Source: Myxococcota bacterium
Lineage (GTDB): Bacteria; Myxococcota_A; UBA9160; JAFDDA01
Length of the DNA: 64,000 nucleotides
NCBI GenBank assembly: GCA_965228475.1
Contig: OZ245817.1
Coordinates: 1,632,001-1,696,000, forward strand
Direction of reading: 5' to 3'
This document shows, piece by piece, positions 56,526-64,000 of this stretch (position 1 is its first letter; every line of letters begins with the position of its first letter). The position numbers and the translations under genes are program-made. Under the pieces are notes generated by a model, which saw only the letters and a list, made by a program, of their open reading frames with translations, searched no databases and had not been told where the DNA came from.

Positions 56526-57128
56526 ATGTTCACCGGGATCATCGAGACCGTCGGGACCGTCGTCGCGCTCGATCGCAAGGGCGAGCTGGCGCGCATCGGG
56601 ATCGAGGCGCCGGCCATCCTCGAGGGCGTCCGGGTCGGCGACAGCATCGCGGTCAACGGCACCTGCCTCACGGTCACCCGCCTCGCGCCGCCGCGCGTCG
56701 ATTTCGACGCCGTCCGCGAGACGCTCGAAGTCACGGCCCTCGGCGCGCTCGAAGTCGGCTCCACGGTGAACCTCGAGCGCGCCATGCGCGCGGACGGGCG
56801 CCTCGACGGCCACATCGTCCAGGGCCACGTCGACGCGACCGGCACGGTCCGCTCCCTCGAGCGCCAGGGGGACGACGTCCGCTTCGCCGTCGAGACCGGG
56901 CCGGAGTTCGCGGACCTGCTCATCCCGAAGGGCTCGGTCACCATCGACGGTGTGTCGCTCACCGTCGTGAACGTCGAGCCCGACGGCTTCGACGTCGTGC
57001 TGATCCCGCACACCCTGAAGGAAACGACCCTCGGCCGCCGCGAGCCCGGCGACCCGGTGAACCTCGAGGGCGACGTCCTCGGGAAGTACGTGAAGCGCTA
57101 TCTCGAGCGAATCGCCCCGGGCGCCTGA
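56526..57128 (+). CDS. ribE: Riboflavin synthase (alpha chain)
   Basis: MFTGII N-terminus, GDSIAVNGTCLT, VNLERA, GHIVQGHVD, KGSVTIDGVSLT. Confidence 0.96.
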   Translation: MFTGIIETVGTVVALDRKGELARIGIEAPAILEGVRVGDSIAVNGTCLTVTRLAPPRVDFDAVRETLEVTALGALEVGSTVNLERAMRADGRLDGHIVQGHVDATGTVRSLERQGDDVRFAVETGPEFADLLIPKGSVTIDGVSLTVVNVEPDGFDVVLIPHTLKETTLGRREPGDPVNLEGDVLGKYVKRYLERIAPGA

Positions 57129-57155
57129 CTCGAGCGAATCGTCCCGGGCGCCCGA
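57102..57155. repeat. 27-bp tandem direct repeat duplicating the 3' end of riboflavin synthase
   Basis: CTCGAGCGAATCGCCCCGGGCGCCTGA (57102-57128) and CTCGAGCGAATCGTCCCGGGCGCCCGA (57129-57155); 2 mismatches. Confidence 0.92.
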
Positions 57156-57185
57156 GGCCCGCCCACCCCCGGCCCGGAGGCTCCC

Positions 57186-57881
57186 ATGTTCCGCCCCCTC
57201 GACGTCGCCAGCTCGCTCTTCGCCACCCTCGCCCGCGGCGTCGCGGGCCTCTCCGTCGGGACGCTCGGCAAGCGTCCGGAGAAGCCCCTCGAGCTCTACG
57301 AGTTCGAGTCCTGCCCGTACTGCCGGAAGGCCCGCGAGGCGCTCTCCATCCTGGATCTCGACGCCATCGTCTACCCCTGCCCGAAGGGCGGTCCGCGCTT
57401 CCGCGAGCACGTGCGGAAGGTGGGCGGCAAGGCCCAGTTCCCCTACCTGGTCGATCCGAACACCGGTAAATCGCTCTACGAGTCCGACGAGATCGTCCGC
57501 TACCTGTTCGAGACCTACGGCGACGGCAGCGTCCCGTTCTCGCTCGCTGCCGGCCCGCTGACGGACGTGAGTTCGACGATCGCTTCCGGACTCCGCCTCG
57601 GGGCCGGCACGACCTACCGGAAGGCGAAGCCGCCCGAGCGCATGCTCGAACTCTGGAGCTTCGAGGCGTCGCCTTTCTGCCGCATCGCGCGGGAGGCCCT
57701 CTGCACGCTCGAGATTCCCTACAAGCTCCACAACGTGGCGAAGGGGAGCCCGGGCCGCGCGGCCTTCGAAGAGCGCTCGGGAAAGATGATGGTGCCCTTC
57801 CTCGTGGACCCGAACACCGGCGTCGAGATGTTCGAGTCCGCCGACATCGTGGCCTACCTCGAGGCCACCTACGGGGCTTAG
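57186..57881 (+). CDS. Tandem GST-N / glutaredoxin-like domain protein
   Basis: Two similar halves: LELYEFESCPYCRKAREAL...PYLVDPNTG..YESDEIV and LELWSFEASPFCRIAREAL...PFLVDPNTG..FESADIV. Confidence 0.88.
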   Translation: MFRPLDVASSLFATLARGVAGLSVGTLGKRPEKPLELYEFESCPYCRKAREALSILDLDAIVYPCPKGGPRFREHVRKVGGKAQFPYLVDPNTGKSLYESDEIVRYLFETYGDGSVPFSLAAGPLTDVSSTIASGLRLGAGTTYRKAKPPERMLELWSFEASPFCRIAREALCTLEIPYKLHNVAKGSPGRAAFEERSGKMMVPFLVDPNTGVEMFESADIVAYLEATYGA

Positions 57882-59356
57882 CGCCTTCTTCGGCGCTCCG
57901 CGGCCAGGACGAGCGCTCCGACGATCGCCAGGAGCGCCGCGGACGGCTCGGGGACCTGGGTGAGGAAGACACCCGACGAGGAGACGAACTCGACCCCCGG
58001 GGCGAGACCGATTTCCAGCGTCGCGGTGTTCGACGCATCGATCGAGGCCGTCGTGACTTCGGTGAACAACAGATGGGTGAGCGTCAGGACGGGATTGCTG
58101 CCCGGGATGACGACGGTACCGCTCTCCTCGAACCCGGTGACGTAGAAGGGTGGTGCGCAGAAGGGGTCGGAAGGATTGTCGAAGGTCGGGCAGGTCTCGA
58201 AGAGTTCGCCGCCGATGGTCCGGAGGTCGAGATCCGAGAAGCTCGTGTCCGCGGGGACGACTTCGAGATCGGTGAAGGCCTGGGCGCGCCAGCGCTCCGT
58301 GGGAAAGACCGTCAGCTGTTCGTCCTGGGCGGTGAAGGGATCCAGCCGGGTCGTGAACGTGATTTCGTAGTTCCCGTCCGGGTTCGTCGGCCCACTGAAT
58401 TCGAGGGTCTCGGTGTACAGGGCCCCGACGAAGAGGGGGAAGTTGACGGCTTCGGCGTTCAGCAGGTCCCGGGCGAGGGCCTCGACCCGTAGCGAGCCCG
58501 AGGCGAGACTGGCGGACGCTTCGATGTCGATCTCCCAATCCGACGTGGGCGAGCCGACGAGGGGTCCCCTCCCGTTGAAGATCTCGTGGAAATCCACCCC
58601 GGTGAACGGTACCGGTCCGCCCTCGTCCAGGAACACGAAGTTCGAGCCGACGAGGGTGTCACGGCTTCCATCTTCCGTCGGCATCATCGGGAAATCGACG
58701 GTGGTGCGAGCGGATACCCGCGTCGAGTAGTCGAGCGTGACCTGGGCGTTCGCGCTCGGTGCGACCCACAGCGCCGCACTGGCGAAGGCCAGCCCGAAGG
58801 CCGTCGGGATCCGGCGCCGGCGGGTCAGGAGGGCGACGGTCCCCACGAGGGCGAGTAGCACGCTCGAGGGCTCCGGGACGCGCTGGATCGTGAAGGTGCT
58901 CTGCGAGCCGTTGATGACGAAGAAGTCGTCGAGTACGTCGTAGCTCCCGCCTCCCATTCCGTTCGTGAGCGAGGTCGCGAAGAGGCGGATCCCGTCACCT
59001 TCGGCGTCGAACAGGTTGAACTGGAGCTGGCTCAGGTCGTTGGCCGACCAGGCGATCGTCTGGTTGATGCCGACGCGGAGGGTGTCGCTCGCGTCGAGGT
59101 CCACGCCGTTCACCGTGCCGACGAAGGCGATGAGCACCGAGAACGCTGGCGGGGAGTCGCAGCCGGGCGACGAGGCGCAGACGTCGGACCCGGGCGTACC
59201 CGGCAGATCGACGGTCAAGATCCCGCTGCCGCCGGTGGCCGTGCCCGAGCCGGCGAAGTCGAGTTCGTACTCGACGGGGATCGCCGACGCCGGCGCGGCG
59301 AGAGCGGCGAGCAGGGTGGTCAGGAGCCAGGTTCGAAGTCGACGAGCCAAGCGCAT
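57878..59356 (-). CDS. PEP-CTERM protein with two PEP-CTERM sorting signals
   Basis: N-terminal signal peptide (…AAPASA), internal VPEP-TM-RRRR (aa 160-182), second signal-like segment ending ANA (aa 183-204), C-terminal VPEP-TM-RRRRR (aa 468-492). Confidence 0.88.
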   Translation of the reverse strand: MRLARRLRTWLLTTLLAALAAPASAIPVEYELDFAGSGTATGGSGILTVDLPGTPGSDVCASSPGCDSPPAFSVLIAFVGTVNGVDLDASDTLRVGINQTIAWSANDLSQLQFNLFDAEGDGIRLFATSLTNGMGGGSYDVLDDFFVINGSQSTFTIQRVPEPSSVLLALVGTVALLTRRRRIPTAFGLAFASAALWVAPSANAQVTLDYSTRVSARTTVDFPMMPTEDGSRDTLVGSNFVFLDEGGPVPFTGVDFHEIFNGRGPLVGSPTSDWEIDIEASASLASGSLRVEALARDLLNAEAVNFPLFVGALYTETLEFSGPTNPDGNYEITFTTRLDPFTAQDEQLTVFPTERWRAQAFTDLEVVPADTSFSDLDLRTIGGELFETCPTFDNPSDPFCAPPFYVTGFEESGTVVIPGSNPVLTLTHLLFTEVTTASIDASNTATLEIGLAPGVEFVSSSGVFLTQVPEPSAALLAIVGALVLAAERRRRR

Positions 59357-59428
59357 GCATCCTCCTGGGCTACACGCTTGGGTGGCAGGCGGAATGCAAT
59401 TGTGGCGGCTCGCCCCCTGGGGGCCGGC

Positions 59429-60781
59429 TCAGGCGAGCCGGTCGAGCAGCGCGGTGCCGAGGCCGAGGAAGGTCAGCAGGCCGACCACGTCGGTCAGGGT
59501 CGTCACGATCACGCCCGAACCGAGGGCCGGGTCCTGGCGAAGCGCCTTCAGCAGGAGCGGGACGGCCGCACCGAGCATGCCCGCCACGCCGACCGTCACG
59601 AACATGGCCGCGAACAGGACGCCGCCGAGCCACGGGTTCCCCTGCCAGAGGGTGGCCATGCCGGCCGCCACGCCGCCGGCGATGAGCCCGATCGTGAGGG
59701 CGACACCGAGCTCCTTCGCGACGAGCCGGAGCCCGCTCGAGAACTCGATCTCCCCGAGCGCGATGCCGCGCGTGATCACCGTGAGCGACTGGATGCCGCT
59801 GTTCCCGCCCATGCCCGCGACGACGGGCAGGAAGAAGGCGAGGGCGACGAGCTCCTCGAGCGTCCGCTCGAAGCGGCCGATCACCCAGGCCGCCACGAAC
59901 AGCGCGCCGAGATTCAGGAGCATCCAGGGCAGGCGCCGCCGTACGGACTGGAGCGGCGTGCTGAACACGCGGTCCTCTTCGTGGAGGCCCGCCATGTAGT
60001 AGATGTCCTCGGTTGCCTCTTCGTTGATGACCTCGATCACGTCGTCGACGGTGATCACGCCGAGGATGCGGTTCTCGTCGTCGACGACGGGCATCGCGAG
60101 CAGGTTGTACCGGGAGACGGCCTGGGCGGCTTCCTCTTGGTCCGCGTCGGCGCGGATGCTCACGGGGTCGCGGATCATCAGCTCGCCGAGCTGCCGGTCC
60201 GGTGCGGCGGCGACCAGACGGCGGATCGGCACGACGCCCGAGAGCCCGCCCTTCTCGTCGACGACGTAGAGGTAGAGGATCGCCTCGGTGGCCTCGCCCT
60301 CGGCGCGGATGCGGTCGATCGCACCCTGCGCCGTCGTGCCCTGTTCGAGCGCGACGAAGCCCGTCGTCATGGCACGGCCCGCGCTCTCGGCGGGGTAGAG
60401 CTCGGCCTTGCGAAGCTCCGCGGCCTTGTCCTCGGGCAGGCGCGCGATCACCGGGGCGCGCCGTTCCTCGGGCAGCCTCTCGACCATCTCGAGCATGTCG
60501 TCGATCTCGAGGCGCGCGAGGATCTCGGCCAGCCGGGCGTCGCCGAGGGCGTCGAAGATCTGCGGGAAGAGTTCCGGCGGCAGCTCGCGCAGGGTCGGCG
60601 CGGCGCGATGCTGGCGGTAGAGCACGTCGACGACGGTACGGATCTCGTCGGGTTGCAGATCGCCGAGCACCGGGGCCAGATCCGCGGGGCGGGAGCGCGC
60701 CAGCAGCCGTTCCGCGCGGGTCACCAGCCCGGACGCGAGCAGGCGTCGCAGGACGCGGACGGTCAGCTGGGGATCGGCCAT
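59429..60781 (-). CDS. mgtE: Magnesium transporter MgtE
   Basis: N-terminal helical domain, CBS pair (SAGRAMT, LYVVDE, GVITVDDV), RRLPW, MGGNSGIQ, DPALGSG, TTLTDVVG. Confidence 0.95.
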   Translation of the reverse strand: MADPQLTVRVLRRLLASGLVTRAERLLARSRPADLAPVLGDLQPDEIRTVVDVLYRQHRAAPTLRELPPELFPQIFDALGDARLAEILARLEIDDMLEMVERLPEERRAPVIARLPEDKAAELRKAELYPAESAGRAMTTGFVALEQGTTAQGAIDRIRAEGEATEAILYLYVVDEKGGLSGVVPIRRLVAAAPDRQLGELMIRDPVSIRADADQEEAAQAVSRYNLLAMPVVDDENRILGVITVDDVIEVINEEATEDIYYMAGLHEEDRVFSTPLQSVRRRLPWMLLNLGALFVAAWVIGRFERTLEELVALAFFLPVVAGMGGNSGIQSLTVITRGIALGEIEFSSGLRLVAKELGVALTIGLIAGGVAAGMATLWQGNPWLGGVLFAAMFVTVGVAGMLGAAVPLLLKALRQDPALGSGVIVTTLTDVVGLLTFLGLGTALLDRLA

Positions 60782-60784
60782 GGC

Positions 60785-60816
60785 AGGCTCCCGTGCGTCC
60801 GAGACGCCGGGAGCCT
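60785..60816 (-). promoter_or_regulatory. Hairpin sequestering the mgtE Shine-Dalgarno
   Basis: mRNA AGGCUCCCG-GCGUC-UCG-GACGC-A-CGGGAGCCU-GCC-AUG; GGGAG lies in the 3' arm, 6 nt before the AUG. Confidence 0.6.
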
Positions 60817-60828
60817 CCGGGGAGGCGC

Positions 60829-60897
60829 CTAGTGGGCGCGCGGGACGCGAGTGGTCGGCGGTTGGCGCTGTGGCCAGGTCGCGGTGCGTGAACTCAT
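60829..60897 (-). CDS. Candidate 22-aa leader peptide upstream of mgtE
   Basis: MSSRTATWPQRQPPTTRVPRAH*; no SD, starts just after a candidate promoter. Confidence 0.3.
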   Translation of the reverse strand: MSSRTATWPQRQPPTTRVPRAH

Positions 60898-60909
60898 CGA
60901 CTGGCGCGG

Positions 60910-60938
60910 ACGATACCGAAGGGCGCTGGCCGGGTCAT
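60910..60938 (-). promoter_or_regulatory. Candidate sigma70 promoter for mgtE
   Basis: Minus strand ATGACC, 17-nt spacer, TATCGT. Confidence 0.4.
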
Positions 60939-61247
60939 CGAAGGAACCGCCTATCGAGGGAACCGCGGGATGGCCGCGGAAGGAACGGTCTGAACGAGGG
61001 GTAAAGGCCACGGCGATGCGACCGGAATCGGCAACCCCGTGCTCTTCCTCCGCGAAACCGTTTGATTTTTTCTCTCCGCGGAATCCCCGCAGGGCGCAGT
61101 TTCCTCGTGTGTTCGCGAAAGCGGCAGCGTAGTATTGAGCCGTCTGGAATTCGCTCGTCGGCCGGGAAAGCTCCGGGCGACTCACGTTTCCGGACAGCTG
61201 CGGCAACTCGGCGTGGCACGGCTGCGAGGCTCTGGGGAGGGGCGGGG

Positions 61248-61481
61248 ATGAAGGATCTGATCACGGCGATCGTGCAAGCGCTCGTGGACAAGCCCGATGA
61301 AGTGCAGATCAAAGAGGTCCAGGGCGACCATGCTCACGTTTTGGAGCTGGTCGTTGCCAAGGAAGATCTTGGCAAGGTGATCGGGAAGGGCGGGGCCCAC
61401 GCCTCGGCCATCCGCACCTTGATGGCCGCCGCCAGCGGCAAGGAAAAGAAGCGGTACATCCTCGAGATCATCGAGAACTAG
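61248..61481 (+). CDS. khpA: KH-domain RNA-binding protein, KhpA family
   Basis: MKDLITAIVQALVDKPDEV...LELVVAKEDLGKVIGKGG...AIRTLM...LEI; GGAGG upstream. Confidence 0.9.
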   Translation: MKDLITAIVQALVDKPDEVQIKEVQGDHAHVLELVVAKEDLGKVIGKGGAHASAIRTLMAAASGKEKKRYILEIIEN

Positions 61482-61540
61482 GCCGCTCGCCCACATCGCG
61501 CCCTCCGGGCGCCCCCGGGCAGGAAGCCCGCCGCACGGCT

Positions 61541-61608
61541 CAGGGACGCAGCGCGTAGTTCTGGACGGGACGCGCCGCCCAGGGACGCAGCCATCGGTCT
61601 GATAGACT
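61541..61608 (+). promoter_or_regulatory. Direct repeats plus extended -10 promoter of the acyl-CoA synthetase
   Basis: CAGGGACGCAGC at 61541-61552 and 61580-61591; TG-A-TAGACT at 61600-61608. Confidence 0.4.
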
Positions 61609-61646
61609 CGGCCGCTCGCTCTCCCCTCGTCCCGAAAGGAGCCCCC

Positions 61647-63479
61647 GTGTCGAGCGCCGCCCCGCCGTCCATCCCCACCTTCGAGGCTCCGCTGACGCTC
61701 GGCGCGCAGATCGAGGACCGCGCCCGCCACGAGCAGGTCGGGTCGCGGCCCTTCCTTCGCCACGACGAGCGCGTCTGGACCTACCGTCAGTACCGCGACG
61801 AGTGCGTCCGCCTCGCCCACTTCCTGCTCGAGCGCATGGGTCCGATCGACGATGCCCGCCCGGGCCACGTCGCCATGCTGATGGAGAATCAGCTCGAGCT
61901 GCTCTCGCTCTACGGGGCCTGCGGCTACGCCGGGCTGACCCTCTTCGGCGTCAACACGGGCCTGCGCGGCGAGGTGCTGGCCGGCGTGCTGAACCAGAGC
62001 AAGGCGCGGCTGCTGGTCGTCGACGAGCGGCTCCTGCCCCAGGTCCTCGCGGTGCGCGGCCAGCTCGAGCACGTGGCCCCGGACGGTCTGCTCGTGGTGC
62101 CGACGGAGGGTGGCTCCTTCGATGCGCCGACCCTCGCCGCGGAGGTCGACGCCGTCGTCCGTTCGACGGGATCGGAGCTCGAGGCGCCCGCCGTCGAGGT
62201 CACCCCGGAGACGAACCTGATCGTCATCTACACGTCGGGCACGACCGGGCTGCCCAAGGGCATCAACAACAACCATTTCAAGCTGTTGGCCATCGGGATG
62301 GTGGTGTCCGGGAACCTCGGCCTCGACCCCGACGCCGTCGGCTATGCCTGCATGCCGCTCTTCCACTCCAACGCCCTGTTCCTCGGCGTGATGCCGGCCT
62401 TCCAGGTGGGCGGGAGCCTCGGCCTGCGCGAGCGCTTCAGCGCCAGCCGCTTCCTGCCGGACGTGCTCGACTACGGCGTCAGCTACTGGAACTACGTGGG
62501 CGAGCCCGTGCACTACGTGCTCGGCGCCGTCGAGAAGGCCTTCGACGGGGACGAAGCCCGGATCCTGGCCGAGGTCGCCGGGAACGAGCGCAACCGTCTG
62601 GCCTACGCGATCGGCAACGGCGCCTCGCCGCCGGACATCGACCGCTTCATGCGCTGGTTCGCCCTCGAGGACATGTTCGAGCTCTACGGGTCCACCGAGG
62701 CGGCCATCAGCACGTTCCGCAAGAAGGGCGACCCGCGCGGAAGCGTCGGCGAGGTGACCGACGAGGCCGTGCAGATCCTGAACGAGAAGGGGCAGCCCTG
62801 CGCACCCGCCGAGCTCGACGCCGACGGCAAGATCGCCAACTACGCCGAGGCCGTCGGGGAGATCTGCCGCGTCGCCGCGGATACCTCGCTCTTCCAGGGC
62901 TACTTCGAGAACGAGGACGCCAACTCCTCGAAGTACCGCGACGGCGTCTACCACTCGGGCGACCTCGGTCACATCCTCGTGCGGGACGGGCGCCGCTACC
63001 TCTTCTTCGACGGCCGCACGGACGATTGGATCCGGAAGGACGGCGAGAACTTCTCCGCCGCCCAGGTCGGCCGCTTCCTCCAGGACCACCCCGCCGTGGA
63101 CATGGCCGCCGCGTACGGGGTCCCCTGCGCGGTCTCGGACGAGCTCGTGATGGGCGCCCTGAAGCTGGCCCCGGGAGCGAGCTTCGACCCGAAGGACTTC
63201 TTCGACTACTGCGAGACCCAGGTCCGCGAGGGCGGCATGGACCGCAAGTGGTTCCCGGACTTCATCCGGCTGGTGGACGACTTCGAGTTCACCCGCACCC
63301 AGAAGATCCTGGTGCGGAACCTGAAGGCCGTGCACTTCGACCGCAACCGGCTCCCGGAGGCGCCGCTCTTCTGGCGGCAGCGGGGCGACACGACCTTCAA
63401 GCCCTTCGGCCCGGACGACTACGAAGGGGTTCGCGAGGAGTTCGAGCGGGCCGAACGGGTCGAACTGCTCGACCGGTAG
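61647..63479 (+). CDS. AMP-binding acyl-CoA synthetase (FadD/FATP-like)
   Basis: YTSGTTGLPKG, MPLFHSNA, NYVGE, YGSTE, YHSGDLG, GRTDDWIRKDGEN. Confidence 0.9.
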   Translation: MSSAAPPSIPTFEAPLTLGAQIEDRARHEQVGSRPFLRHDERVWTYRQYRDECVRLAHFLLERMGPIDDARPGHVAMLMENQLELLSLYGACGYAGLTLFGVNTGLRGEVLAGVLNQSKARLLVVDERLLPQVLAVRGQLEHVAPDGLLVVPTEGGSFDAPTLAAEVDAVVRSTGSELEAPAVEVTPETNLIVIYTSGTTGLPKGINNNHFKLLAIGMVVSGNLGLDPDAVGYACMPLFHSNALFLGVMPAFQVGGSLGLRERFSASRFLPDVLDYGVSYWNYVGEPVHYVLGAVEKAFDGDEARILAEVAGNERNRLAYAIGNGASPPDIDRFMRWFALEDMFELYGSTEAAISTFRKKGDPRGSVGEVTDEAVQILNEKGQPCAPAELDADGKIANYAEAVGEICRVAADTSLFQGYFENEDANSSKYRDGVYHSGDLGHILVRDGRRYLFFDGRTDDWIRKDGENFSAAQVGRFLQDHPAVDMAAAYGVPCAVSDELVMGALKLAPGASFDPKDFFDYCETQVREGGMDRKWFPDFIRLVDDFEFTRTQKILVRNLKAVHFDRNRLPEAPLFWRQRGDTTFKPFGPDDYEGVREEFERAERVELLDR

Positions 63480-63521
63480 CGCCCCGCGGCTCCGCCGAGC
63501 CCGGCTGGCCGAGGCCTCCGC

Positions 63522-63550
63522 TTGACGCGGGGGGCCAGGGCAGGTATCAA
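63522..63550 (+). promoter_or_regulatory. Candidate sigma70 promoter of the bS22-like gene
   Basis: TTGACG, 17-nt spacer, TATCAA. Confidence 0.5.
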
Positions 63551-63583
63551 ACGGCCCGCGAACCCCAAGTGAGAGGCCCCATC

Positions 63584-63676
63584 GTGGGAAGCGTCATCAA
63601 GAAGCGCCGCAAGAAGATGCGGAAGCACAAGAAGCGGAAGCTGCTCCGCCGCGCGCGCCACAAGCGCAAGCGCTAG
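63584..63676 (+). CDS. AURKAIP1/COX24-domain (bS22/mS38-like) 30-aa basic protein
   Basis: MGSVIKKRRKKMRKHKKRKLLRRARHKRKR*; GTG start with GAGAGG upstream. Confidence 0.9.
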   Translation: MGSVIKKRRKKMRKHKKRKLLRRARHKRKR

Positions 63677-63926
63677 CGCCTGCTCGGGTTTTTCGGCCCG
63701 AGGCCACTTCGTCCCCGCCCCTGAACCACTGAACGATTGCCGGAAACCGCGTCGCGACGGCGCGGTGCGTCCGCGCCTGGCCGGCGTCCGCCGCCGCCGG
63801 GATCGAGGCCGTGCGCCTGCTCGGAACGCTCGGGTTTCGCCGCGCTGCGTTGCATTCGCGAACTCAAAACCGTTTCAATGCCCGCAGTTAACGGCGGCAT
63901 CCCGTTGTTTTTTTTGGGCTTCTCTA

Positions 63927-63956
63927 TTGACGCTCTGAAAAACGGGTTGTTAGTCT
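63927..63956 (+). promoter_or_regulatory. Sigma70-type promoter for a transcript beyond the window end
   Basis: TTGACG, 18-nt spacer, TG-T-TAGTCT extended -10; T-tract upstream (possible UP element). Confidence 0.6.
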
Positions 63957-64000
63957 GGCGCGCAACAGTGGCCGTAGTGCCTCGTTCTTTGGATGAAAAC

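Noticed and set aside
61214..61230. TGGCACG resembling a sigma54 -24 box upstream of khpA
   Set aside because: No GC at the required -12 position (GG-N10 is followed by AG).
60782..61247. M-box riboswitch or tRNA in the mgtE-khpA intergenic region
   Set aside because: I could not recognise conserved M-box or cloverleaf features by eye; an Infernal or tRNAscan run would settle it.

Overview
Core-genome window from a high-GC bacterium. A Myxococcota/deltaproteobacteria-like origin is my inference from gene content and order only. Positions 1-28051 carry the rif/str/S10/spc/alpha supercluster (rplA' to rplQ, with rpoB, rpoC, fusA, tuf, secY, adk, map, rpoA). Three normally resident genes are cleanly absent from it: rplC (uL3), rplX (uL24) and rpsN (uS14); infA is also absent. 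Next come tlpA-like, ftsB-like, argS, a SPOR-domain gene, a UDP-GlcA decarboxylase, lepA and lepB, then a PyrR-controlled pyrR-pyrB-pyrC-carA-carB operon and recG. A short leuA-like gene sits behind a complete Leu-leader attenuator. The rest holds a ThDP enzyme, a K+-independent-type hppA, an APC permease, alaC-like/hom/thrC/ribE, a tandem GST-N protein, mgtE, an orphan khpA, an acyl-CoA synthetase and a bS22-like miniprotein. Best leads: (1) a single ORF built as two signal peptide-domain-PEP-CTERM units, a candidate processed surface polyprotein; (2) the scarless absence of uL3, uL24 and uS14, which is either relocation or an assembly/editing artefact; (3) a candidate Pro-containing uORF plus an SD-sequestering hairpin upstream of mgtE; (4) tandem duplications spanning the stop codons of pyrC, carB and ribE. 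I saw no tRNA, rRNA, CRISPR array or mobile-element gene.
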